From Convolutriloba macropyga (Eukaryota): 64,000 bases of DNA. Positions 39,782 to 52,800 of this stretch are shown here, in pieces; the first letter of the stretch is position 1, and each line of letters opens with the position of its first letter. The stretch covers positions 13,268,001-13,332,000 of the forward strand of contig NC_134470.1 in assembly GCF_964194025.1 (NCBI RefSeq). The letters run 5' to 3'. The notes beneath the pieces are model-generated. The model saw nothing but the letters and a program-made list of their open reading frames with translations, did not search any database and was not told the DNA's origin. The position numbers and the translations under genes are program-made.

Positions 39782-42700
39782 TATGCTACGACTGATAGTC
39801 GAAATTTTGTGACACGCAAAGGCCAACCCTCAGGGCACCATATAATATCTGAAGTTCAAAGTTTGAGCAAATCTCAGCTTCGAACAGCTTTACACCTTTC
39901 TGACTCAGATACAGCACTGGTATGAATCTTGCTCCTTTGAGGCAGATCTTTTTGGCGGTTCTCATTGTGAGTTCTAATTGAAACACTAAACCATGTCAAT
40001 TGCCCGTGCGAATTAATGACATCAAACAGGGCAGTCCCGAAGACAGTGACCCGATGACCGCACGGAGTTCTCTCACTGTAATGATCCATTGAATTTTATC
40101 TGTACAATAATTTTGTTTATCTGTAAAGATAATGTATTTGTGAACTTAATTATAGCAAGTGAACTGCCTATTTTTAATTTTGGAAAATATTTAAAACCTA
40201 AACAAAAACCGAAAAAGGCAATTCAAATTGAGCAAAAACTAAAGCAGAAAATTTGATCAAACATCGTTTTTAAAGTCCACAACAAAAATTGTTTAAAACG
40301 AATCACCTAAAATCACACTTTTTCTAATTGACATCAAAAACAAAAACGAGTGAATATATCTTTAAAAAGACAGCCTACAAGTCAATTTCCACCTCTAGTA
40401 CCATCATGTCTTCAGAGTGTATTTCAGTCAACCATAATGGCTACAGTAATGTAAACTGCAAAATGAAATTTTGGCGGAATTGAACCAATAGTGAAGCAAA
40501 TAATAAACTGCAGATTGCTGAAAATTATGATACAGAACAAATTTCAATAACGGCAAACGATAACTTAAAGCCAAAGAGCCGAGTCACTTGAGCGAAATGA
40601 ACGAAAAATGCAAAAAAAATACAAAAGCCAGCATATTTTGGGGAACCGTGCCCTCATTGACCTCAACTTTGGGAATGAATCCGCAAAAGAAAGAGAAAAT
40701 AACCGACTAATGTCCAAATAATTACTCTCAAACAACTAGTGGGAGCTCTTATCTATTGCTGCCTGCTTCAGTCGAGGGGATGGTGGACTAGAATTACAAA
40801 TAGGGAGCTTCAAATGACATCACTAGAGGTTATTATATACCACTATAGCCTTTAATAAAACTTAAATTTAAATTATACCAAATTTGGAGCACTTTTCGTT
40901 TGACTTCTAGTACTGAACTGCTGCCACTTGAGTTCAGCTGCTAGCATTTGTAAATGAGAGAGACAATTAGATCAAAACGAAAAAGTTAAGCGCGCAAAAT
41001 TCACTCGAAAAGTCAAAACGGTCAAGAGAAAATTTTTCACAAAAAAGACCAACACGTTTACAAAAATTGCTCCAAATTTCGCTCGGGAGGAAATAATAAA
41101 AAACTCAGCTTAAATTTTCCAAGAGTCGACAACTGTTCTAATGCTTCCGCAGTTTTATTAAATTCAAAGAGCTTAACTCATTCCAGTACTGCACTACCGG
41201 CCCAAGCAGTCAAACAATTTTACGATTTCAAAGAAGAATAAAAATAATAGCACAAAATAAACAATAATAGGAAAAATTGTAGATACCTTGGTGTCAAGGT
41301 ATTGAAAAACACGTATCCTATCAAAAATCTAAAAGAGTGAGAACACAACTTGTCGAGAAAATCTTGGGGACATCAATTGAAACGCAGAGGCAGACAAAAC
41401 AAACGATACTGTCAAAAAAATTTGAATAGCAATGATTACTAACGACTCGGCAAAATTCGTGGCGGTGGAGTCTAACGCCAGAATCGACGCAAACGCTATC
41501 AGGAAGCCCGAAAATTCCAATTGAGTTCAACACAAAAACAAATATGACAAAATTTTGAAAAGTATCTCTTCAAATCAAACTCGTTCTTGTCATAATCAAT
41601 AAACCTACTAGCTTGCAGGCTATCAAGAACCTAGCTAGACATATAGAGGACAAACAGAGGCAAAAACAAATATTGTTCAAAAATTTAAAATAAGCAAACG
41701 TTACTGAAACTCTTGAAGATAATCTTTTCAACAACCTTTTTGCGTTGTCGCAATCTACCCAACAAAGCGGAAAAAAGGGCCAAAACATTTCAATGCCTCT
41801 TTCTGGGAACTATAAATTTTAAAAACAATTTTGAGAACACTCAAAAAATAACAGCCTGTCTGAGCACGACGACTATTAACAACGTCCAACGTCAATAGAT
41901 GGGGTCAAACTTTTAAGATTAGGAACCGCCCTTGACACCATGAAATTGTCTCCTCAAAACAGTTTTGCTGATTCGCATTCTTAGAAAATAGTATAGCTTA
42001 GCTCTCTAAGAGAACTTAATGCCCTTCGAGTGGTACCTGTTTATCCCGTTTTTGAGGACGAAAAGTCAAAAGGGTCAGACGAAAAATCGGTCAATAAAAA
42101 ATCTGCATAAAAAAGTACACAGCACTTGAATGATTGCTACAAACTTCGTTTGAGAGCAATTAAACCATGTTTGAGCGCAATATCTAACTCTTTAATATCG
42201 AAACCTTTTCAAAAAGCAAACAGCGTTCCAACTTAAAAGCTTTTTTGCAACTGTACGCAATGCTTTTTAGAGCGAAGCTTTTTTGGCCAGAACGTAACCC
42301 ACTGCAGTAGGTGGAATGACTCTACAACGACAGTCGAGGCTTTGGCTTCAGTTGCATCTAACTTAAGCCTAGGAGAACAACCTCATTTTTTGATTGAGGA
42401 GGCAGAATTCAGAAATTTCTCTACACACCAATAAGTTATGCTTCCTCAGCAAATGGGGTGAAACTTACACATAGATCCTATTATCAAACTCCGCTGGAGC
42501 AACTAAAAATTAATCTAGCAGTAGTGATTAAATGTATTCCCGAATTAACAAGAAATTCTTGATGATATTTAACCACTCTCGGCCTTCCCTAACTTTCTAG
42601 GAAAATAAAATGAATAGAGCGGACTAAGTTTATTATCATCAAATATGAGGCGAACTTAAATCAACTGGTGCATTACTACTATTCACAGATAACAAGGGAT

Positions 42701-43101
42701 GCATTAACATTATAAACAACAGATCATTAAGCACTCATTTTCCACCATCCTCAACTGCGTATTCACAATCGTCAATAAATATTCTGCCAAAAGCAAAAGA
42801 GAATCTTCAGAACCAGTTTTGTTGCGACTTCATTTCTTGCTGAAAAGATTTTCGCATAGACACTACAGATCACCGTGGATCATATTCGAGCATGTATAAA
42901 ATTTAAACAATTTGTAGTCTAGAGATATTAACTCTTTTCAAATTCTTCGCAGTTACAGTTATAATTTATGTACAAGCAACCAAAAGCCACTTCTACAATT
43001 TTGCATACATTGCTTTGTTTTGTTTAGACTCGAACAGAATAGTTGAAAAGAGTAAAATAAAGATTGAATAAAATGGCACCAATCACATCTCTGGTCATAA
43101 A

Positions 43102-43843
43102 TCATATCAATCCCTTCTCGCGTTTGTACTGCTCCAGGTTTAGAGATCTGCGGGGCACCATGGCAGGTACTGGACTGTCCGTTCCTAGAGACCAGTCCTG
43201 GTTGACAGCTTTTGAGTAACTGTTTCGGCCTGGAACATGTCTTTTTAGAGAAAAAATGAGTACGCATAAAATATCTCATCAAAATTGCATTTATATTCGC
43301 CTCACAGAAAATCCAGAAATCCAGTTTTTTGGCAATTTAGACTAACCAGTCCGAAAACCCATCCAAAATCGACACTGGCGGTAAAAAGGACTCAAAATCA
43401 ATCGCTTTTTTGTTTATTTTTTTGGAATTACTGCAAATAGGTTAAAAGATCTTACCAGAGGGCACTGAAGTGTTAAAGAGGTCAATGTTGATGTCAAAGT
43501 TGTGAACAGAGAACAAATCTTCTCGTTTGGATGACTGGCTTGCACTTGAGGCGGTAGAATCGGTTGCATCAGAAGCGGAACTCGCTGAATTATTGTTATT
43601 TTGAGCACCATCGCCTTTGATTGAGGAATTCTGGGAACTGTCTGTATTGGGGTCTTTGGGTTGTTCGGCCTGTTCACCCGAAGGTGCTTCTGCTTTTGTC
43701 TTCAAATGCTGCATCGACTTTTCTCTCAACTCTTGTAAAAGGTTCTGGTCTATTACACCTTCTCTGGCCTGGAAATGAGCTAGTAGTTCAAGAGGCATAA
43801 AAGCACAATAATAAATCTGCAGTCGACAAATGTCAAAACTAAT

Positions 43844-43897
<54 letters not shown>

Positions 43898-46800
43898 CAA
43901 AGCTAGCTTGCAATCAGGTATGTAATCGATGCAAAGTTAGATATAAGAAAAAGTGCTTCGATTCATAATTATACTTTTCTAACTTGAACAACTGATTTAG
44001 AACTACGAGATTTCTGGGATGCTTTCTTCATAACAATTATACTTGTGCATCATTAGGCAATGATCTGATTGCATTTCTCCCATTTTTCTCTTTCTTTTCA
44101 GTCTAGCTATCGGGACTAAAATTAACACTCCTCAACGATCATAATAACTGTTATCTAACAATCCAGTCCTAACAACAAGTCCAGCCAAACACTGATGTTG
44201 CAAAACATACCTTTGTGACAAGGGTGGGGCGTGATTTCCTCCTCGTGAAGGGATCCTCGCCTTCTTTCTTCCTCATTGCCCTGAACTCATTCTGCATTGC
44301 TATCTCTGCTTGCGTCAAGTTGTGCATCTTGTTACGGTTATTGATGTATCTGCAACACAACAACACAATAAAAGCTGGTCATTGGTTTATGAAGCAGCAT
44401 TACCACTCCTCAAGGCTACAAATAATATTTTTATTTTATATATTTAAATTATAACTCTTTTATAGAGTAAATCAATTGACTAAAAATAGAACAACTTAAG
44501 AGAACGCAACATTCAAGAGAAATGTTTGCAAAAGATCAAAACTTTTAATGATCATTTCGCACTTTATTCTGTGTTGCATTATAAAACAAACACAAGAACA
44601 CTTAGGAAAATCTTCAACTTAAATTAAGTAATTCAGAGAAATTGTATCAAATAAAATGAGATCAGAAAAGACCACAGATATCTCTGCCGAAATGGACCAA
44701 AATTGTGCTGCATTTCAAACTTCTTAATCCCTGTACATGAGAGTAACAAGGACAGCAGATTACCATATAAAGCCTTGAAATAGACTTGAGTGTGGTAACA
44801 CAACTAGCACAAAATAAATGAGACAAAAATGAGCAACGAAAAAAAATCTATTCTAATTTTCATCTCAAGCTGCCATGAAATCACCTTCAATTAAACAGAC
44901 ACACTTGGTTGACCATGTTCCTTAAAATAAAGTAAACAAACTACGACAGTCACTTTTGAGAGTGAGACCAAACTTTTGAGAGTAAGGCCACTTCTGATGT
45001 TTAACCAAATTTTGCTCCACACAGAGTAAAAAATAGCGTCACGCATGTATTTGGCGGCAAGGCCTGACTGAACTGACAAAAGTCGACTTGAAAAGAGCGT
45101 GACATCATACGGTCGAAACAAAATCCTGACAACGAAATAAAAAACCTAGCAGGACAAGTCCTGAATTACAATTCAGAAAATTAATATCTCAAGACCTTAA
45201 TATCAGCCTCATCAGAAAAAAAAACGAAATTAAAATCTCCCTTCCCACTTTTCGAAAAAGTAAGCAAACAAAGTCATTAAAAACAACAGCAGCATATGAA
45301 GAACATAGCTGGCAGATTGCCAGAAAATAGCCGCAATAGATTCGTAGATCGTCAGTCTAAAAAAACAGTAAAAAAGACAGACCAAAAAAGTCGTCTTTTC
45401 ATTGAAGGCTGATCTGTTATATTTTGATTAAAAATCTGTAAGTTATTGTTGCCTCTATTAGCTGATCTCAAATAACCTTCATTTAGAGTGACACCCATTT
45501 GACCTTATCTCTTTGAATTAAAGTAAATAAAAGTCAATGTCAAAGTGAGAAAGTCATTTTTGAGAGTGAGGTAAGTCAAGTGTGACCAAAAATTTAATCA
45601 CGCGCATGAACAAAAAAACTCGCTCCACAAAGAGTGAAAAATGACGTCACACATGCAATTCAGTTAAAATTGCATGAACGAATGAACAAAAGGTAGCTGT
45701 GACGTCATATGGTCGTAACAAAAATCATGACGACGAAATAAAAAAACATAGCAGGACAAGTCCTGACGTACAATTCAAAGAATTTTCATTGACTAGAAAA
45801 ACTAGACCTAAAACGGACTATGAATGGATTGGAAAAACCATTTAGAAAAAAAATCCGATCCAAAAAATCGAAAAAACAGTAAAAATCAAAGTGAAATTGC
45901 CGCATGTGAACAAAAAACCACTAGCGAGAAAGCAAATTTTTGTTCAAACACCGTTTTCTCACTCTACTTTAAATTTAGAGCGAAAAAATTTCACGCCGCA
46001 AAACCACTCGCTTTTTCGCTCCATTTCCTGTTTCGGCGTGACCAAAATCACTACTCCAATTTGACTTCAAAAATCATGAAAATGTGTGAACAGATCTTAA
46101 AAACATAGCCGGCAGATTGCCGGAATAGCTGCGAAATAGACTTGCGTGCCGTAAAATACAGATGGAAAAAGATACAGAAGTGAGTTGATAATAGTTATCG
46201 CCGCCGCCTATAAAACATACAAGTTTATTTCAAAGGAGGTTGTTTTTGGGTGCAAAAAACGTTTCCCTGTCGCGTCTCGAACCTGCGATCTCCGGATTAA
46301 CAGCCAGTCGCCTTAACCTCTCGGCTGTCGGACCATACAATCTGTTTTCTTACAATCAACTTTGTTTTAGGAACAGATTCTGTTTCTGAATAACCGCAAT
46401 TTAGGTCACGCAGAAAGCGTGAAATCAAGCGCGAAAAAGCCATTTAAGCAGTGACGAGACAGAATGTTCTAGAACAAATGTAAAACGAAAATAAAGCGTC
46501 AGACGACGAAACAAAAAAAAAACCAAGAGCACCGCAATATAGCTACGCTCAGCTTACAGCTTCGCAGCTATAAAAAAAAGACAGCGCCCCAATACAATTC
46601 AAATTCTTTGAATTGTAAAAAAACCAAGAGAAGGCCAATAATAGCCCCAGCTATCGCTGTGCGGCTATTAAAAAAGTTTACGCTATGTCGCGCGTAAAAC
46701 TCGGATTTCGGTATCTTAAAACTAAGAACGTGATACATCAGCTCTTCTAGATGGTATTTTTTAATCATCGTTGATTTTACAAACTAACGTGACTGCACTG

Positions 46801-49800
46801 ATGTTCTTGGTCCTCTGCTTGTCAAGCATTTCTGCCCTCTCTTCAATGTCGTTCAGCTCCGTCTGTACTTTGCTCAGTCTCTCAATGTCCCCCTCTGCCT
46901 CTGCCTCTAGCTTCTCCTTCATCAGGTCTGTCTTCTTCAAAGCGTAATTACGAGGAGTATTGCGGAATCTGTCAAACGGTAAAGATTTTTATGCACTCCA
47001 AGTTACATTTTTTGCACATATTTAATGCAAGCAAAGCAAATAACCGAATACCGTCGGAAGAATTGCTCTCGAACGACTAGTGTAAGCTCTAATTTATTGC
47101 AGCCTGCTTCAAACGGGGGGGGGGGGTGTAGCCCGGAGGAGGCTAAGAAGCTCACTAAGGGCTTCAAATGACGTCATTAGAGGTTATTATATACCACTAT
47201 TAAGATTTAAAGTGATAAAACGGCGCAATTTTGGCGCACTTATCATTTGACATTTAGAAGTAAACTGCCACCAATTGATTTCAGCCGCTTAAAATAGTGA
47301 ATGAGAGAGAAATTTAGACCACCCAAAAGTCGTGCGCCGATCGCTATATACACGTGTTTAGTTCAAAGTTAGAACATGACAAAATTAACTAATCGTATCA
47401 TTGATCAAAGGCATCTCAAAACTTCTTAAACAGATAGTATTAGAGATAGTTTGTAGCTAATCTTCTGTACTTTACAACAGAGACTCACTTGAGTTTCTCT
47501 TGGACGATAGCATCAACGTCTTGCTCAGTGTAGCTATGGTTGGCGTAATTGAGCAACTGTCTCTGTTTCTTCAAAACGTCATCGATGTTGGGCAGTGTCT
47601 GGTTCTGGGCTTGCATGTCTGAGTACCACTTTGTAAACTCAGTGTCTGAGATCGGTTGGTTTGAAATGAACTCCAAGCGGTACATTCGCTCCGCCTTGCA
47701 GTACCTGATGATAAACGATGTCAATTAATCTTGTTCAAATAATAGCTCACCAGCCCCGCAAGTCCTCAAAAATCGTTATGATTGGATTTTTTAATCAAAT
47801 GCTACAATTCAAATTTTTACTATCCTTTCGGCAGATAAAGTAGTTATAAACAGAGTTTTATTCATGGAGTTATTAATGGACTAAACGAAGCTGATAGGCT
47901 TCGTGGAAACATTATACGAGCGTTATAATGCAGCAACCTAATTTAGTTAATCTATAAGCGTATATGACATTTGTTTCCAATCCATTATAGAGTAGCTGTA
48001 AAAGATGGTTTTGCCTATAAAAGAATACTTTTATTCATACTGATATATTTATTAAAAAAAATTATGCACTGCTTTAAATTAACGAAGAAAATCAGTGATT
48101 CTCGTGAACGTTGCGCAAGCAATCCTTATAAAAGTTACTTGACTCTGATATGCTACAAATACGAACTTCTGGCATTAATTGAGAACTGGTTCATGACTTC
48201 TGCGGGTACTTCACATTGATCCATGTCAGAATATTTCAACTATGGCTATGTATATAGAATTTCTTACGATGAAAAGTGCGTCTGAAGAGTGCAAATAATA
48301 TGCACCCACTAAGCTGAGGGGGGGGGGGGGGGGGGGTACAAACGTAAGTATCAGAAATTTCTAATTTAATTTTTAAACATAGCTGCAGATTGCCAGAAAA
48401 TAGCCGCAATAGCTTCGTAGATCTGCAGTCTCAAAAAGAAAGTAAAAAAAAGACAGACCAAAAAATTGAGTTTTTTCATTAAAAACTAAGATGTAAAATT
48501 TTGATCAAGAATCTGTATGACTTATTGCTGCTTATGATTTATTAGCTGATCATAAATAACCCTCTATTAGAGTGGCACACATTCACTTGACCTTATCACT
48601 TTGTTTTAAAATTAAAGAAAAGTCAATTTCGAAGTGAGGAAGTCATTTTTCAAAGTGAGGTAAGTCACATGTGACCAAAAACTTAATGGCGCAAATGAAC
48701 AACAAATTAGCTCCAAAACGGGTGAAAAATGACGTCACGCGCGCAATTCAGTTGAAATTGCATGAACGAATGAACAAAAAGCAGATTTGAAGTGATTGTG
48801 ACGTCATATGGTCGTAACAAAAATCTTGACGACGAAATAAAAAAAACATAGCAGGACAAGTCCTGACGTACAATTCAAAGGATTTTCATTGGCTAAACAA
48901 AAAATAGACATAAAAAGGACCATGAGTGAATTGGGAAATCCATTTCTAAAAAAATCAGATAAAATTAAAAAATCAATTTCGAAATGACGCATGTGAACAA
49001 AAAACCACTAGCAGGGAATGGAAATTCGGTTCAAACCAAAAACTAGGCCGAGAATGAGCTGTGAATGGATTGGGAAAACCATTTAGAAAAAAATCCGATC
49101 CAAAAAATCGAAAAAAAACAGTAAAAATCAGATTGAAATTGCGGCATGTGAACAAAAAACCACTACCGAGACATCTAATTTTTGTTCAAACACCATTTTC
49201 TCACTCTACTTTAAAATTAGAGCGAAAAAAATTCACGCCGCAAAACCACTCGCTCTTTCGCTCCATTTCCTGTTTCGGCGTCAACAAAATCACGACTCCA
49301 ATTTGACTTCAAAAAGCATGAAAATGTGTGAACAGATCTTACAAAAAAGACAGCGCCCCAATACAATTCAAAATCTTTGAATTGTAAAAAAACCAAGAGA
49401 AGGCCAATAATAGCCTCAGCTATCGCTTTGCGACTATTAATTAACTAACTTAAGTTTGAGCCCCTTATTGGTTGTGACTCCCTCTGTGTTGTACACTTTG
49501 CCCGTTTCCACTACAGCGACTATCTCTGCAACTCTGTACACTGGTACGCCCTGAGGTCCCTGTCCGAGGTTCACCCTCACGAAGGCACCCTTCACCGCTT
49601 CCTCGAAGAAGGGTGCGTGACACCAACGCGCCAGCTTGTGCCTTGACAGACGGATGCGCACAAGGTCGTCTTTTGTCTCAATGGGCTTTGAAGAAGTCCT
49701 GAATGTAGACATATAACACTACTAATGTACAGTGAAGTTTCCGATTATTCCATATTTTGACATTCGGTCGCAAAAAAAATCAATCAAAAACTAGCTGAGT

Positions 49801-52800
49801 TCTGAAAATATTGTCTATAATGGCCAAAAACAGAGAACGTGATCAGGCTAACATTATTTTAATCAAAACAATTGTTAAAATATTCTAGTTTCCTTCCATC
49901 TACATTCAATCGCTCACGTCCCTGTAAAAGTATAACACCACGCTTAATACTATTCTAAAAATTTGCCAGCGCAACTTTTCTTACTTGAAATCTTCATCGT
50001 TATCACTGTCTTTTCCACCTTCACTGTCAGAGCTTGAGGAAGAAGATGACAGTTTGGAACCCGACCCAGAACTTGAACTGGAGCTCGACCTCTTCCTCGG
50101 CCGAAATTTAATCTCAGAAGCTTTATCGTCATCGTCATCATCGTCGTCAGACGAGTAGATATCGCTTGCTTTGATCTTGTTTGACTTTGAGTCTCCATCT
50201 CTCTCTTGGGAACCTTCCCTCTGTTTCTTCTGTGCTTCTAACGTCTTCTGTTCTCTTTGCTGTCGCTGAGCTTCCGCTTAAACCATACAAATGTTACCAA
50301 ATTGTCCACAAACCATTGACTCAGCACTAAACACATCTACGCCCCACCCCCAAAAAACCGCATAGGATTCGTTCTCATGGCTTTATGAAAACAGAATTTA
50401 TTCACGAGGGAAAAATAGTTTCAACATAAACGGTAGCAATAAAGCATCATAAATTTTATCTTTTCAAAAAAACTTAGACTATAATTCCACGGTTATATGC
50501 CCTGAAAAACTCTCATCGCAATTATAAACGCTCATCGCAAAAAATTATTTGCCGTTGAGTTCCAAGTACCAGTAGTAACTGAAGTTAGTCGTCATCGTTA
50601 GTTCATCGTCAGTCTTCAAATTGGTATTGATAATCGTATGAAGTTATATGACACCCGTCAATTTTCCATTTTTAATACATGTAGAACACAAAGAAATTGA
50701 GGAACTGGGATTCACACCATTTTGCTTTTTGCGTTCTCGTTCATCTCTCAGCCTCTGAATGGCGTTGAGCTTCACTGACTTGTCATTAGACTCCACTTTG
50801 CGCTGAGGCCTCGCACCTCCAAATTCATCGTCTTCCTCAAATTCTTCCTCTTCACCCTCTGCTTCTGCTGGTCTTGGGGATCCAGGAGGCGAGTTTTCAT
50901 CTTCATCGTCTTCGTCTGGTACGGTTGCAGAGGTTAACTTGCGTGTTCTCGTTGATGATGATGATTTGCTGTCCTTTTTGCTTTTCTTTTTACGGTCTTT
51001 TTTCAGCTGGCGTTCGATTTTTAACCTAAAAAAACTTATTGAATATTTTGTTGACAATTTGAACTTGTGAAACTTGAAACTTTTTCACCAAGCGCTAAAA
51101 GTAAAATTCAATCAGTCAAGAGACCAGTGAATAGTGACTGACTCATTTTTGTAAAAAAATACTTTTGTCATCAAAAAGGGGATCTCAAAAATGACATCAC
51201 CTGGTTTTCAGTTGCTCTCGCTTTTCCAATCTTTCAAACAAAAGCTGTTCTCTCTCCTTTTCAGACATAGCCTGTAGTCTCGCTTGGTCATCTGCGTCTC
51301 CCATCAAATTGGCATCAAGGCCATCAGGGAACAGACCTGTATCCTCATCCGGTTCCAACTCGTCATCTCCATTGGAACCAGCTTCATCCGAATCACTCTC
51401 CTCTTCTGCGCTACTTGACTCTTCGACCTCTTCCTCTACCTCGCCTGTAATTCAGAATTAAACATATTTTGAGGTCAATTCCTTAAATTTATTGTGGCTA
51501 ATGGTTCAAAGCCCTTCATATGATTGCTACTCTTCGTTATGCGATTTCTTGTCTTGACGTTATAATTGAACTAGTAACAATTAATAAATTTGAGATGGAA
51601 TTCAATCCATATTCAACAAAATGGAACTTCGCGTACAATGGCGAAGACAATTAAATTAAACGCACTTACCGTCTTCTTGCTCTGCCACGACCTGAAACCA
51701 AAAGAATTGCAATTAGAAAACGATTGAGTTGGCCGAATTATTTATTTACTGGAATTTTGGCGACGCATCAATAGTAATAACGCATGTCAGCTGCGCGACA
51801 ATGTAATTTTTTGAATTGCTGAAATTTTTGACAGATGCCTGTTAGGAGCGGGAACAAACGACTCGCGTCAGACAAATGGCTGTTAGACGACAACCTAGGT
51901 TTGCGTTGAATGGTTATGAACGTACAAAACATCATGAAATTCAAGTTAGACACCTAATTCAACAGCAACAACTCAACATAAAACTTAAGTCGGACAAATT
52001 GCTCTCGAACGACAGCCCAGGCTTTCAATTTAGAAGGGGGCATAACCTATAGAAAGGTTTATGATGCAAAATCTTCTGACAATGGAGGAGTGCGAACCCT
52101 AGAGATCCCTGGGGGTAGTCCTGGACAGTAACTACTACGCTACACTGGCTATGTATGTTCTTCGCTAACAATTGCCTGAATCAGAGTAAGCATAATCTCG
52201 TTTGGGCTGAACACTAAGTGTTCGTTATCAACTTTTCAGGTGTAAGCAAAATTTAAAGAAAAGAGGCCTAAAAATCTACATACTCGAACAGAGTCAAAGC
52301 TCGGAGATCAGGAAAACTCGATATTGCTTTGCAACAAAAACTAACCATGACAGGCGAAGAAAATACAGTCCGTAACAAGTAGCTTAACCAAAACGTGCCT
52401 ATTCCATCAAAGGTGCTACCCAATCCCAATAGAACCAATCGCTAAATCCTTGAAACGTCAAATCAAGACAAGACCAAATTGATATTGAAAATCCTCGTTA
52501 AGGCCTATCTTTTTTCTATTAAAAATATCTCAAGAGTAAACAATAGCTTTCACCCAGGAATGGAGACTAATTTGTACGGTTAAAAAAGACTTCAAGTCTG
52601 TTCCGGTTTCGTGACCGAAATAATGGCTAAGTGAGAAAAATTCAGCTGCTTTAATACTTATAGCGCCGAATAAGAGCAAATTAAATCAAACACAAACCCA
52701 ATCATCAGGCCGGGAAGTCCAGGAAAACCTACAAAAAGCTAAACAAAAATTCTCTCTATCTGAAAATTTTGATTGCTATTGTTCGCAAAAGGCAAGTAGT

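Noticed and set aside
46261-46334. Functional tRNA-Asn gene
   Set aside because: The acceptor and T stems do not pair properly and it lies inside a nested repeat, so it is reported only as tRNA-derived.
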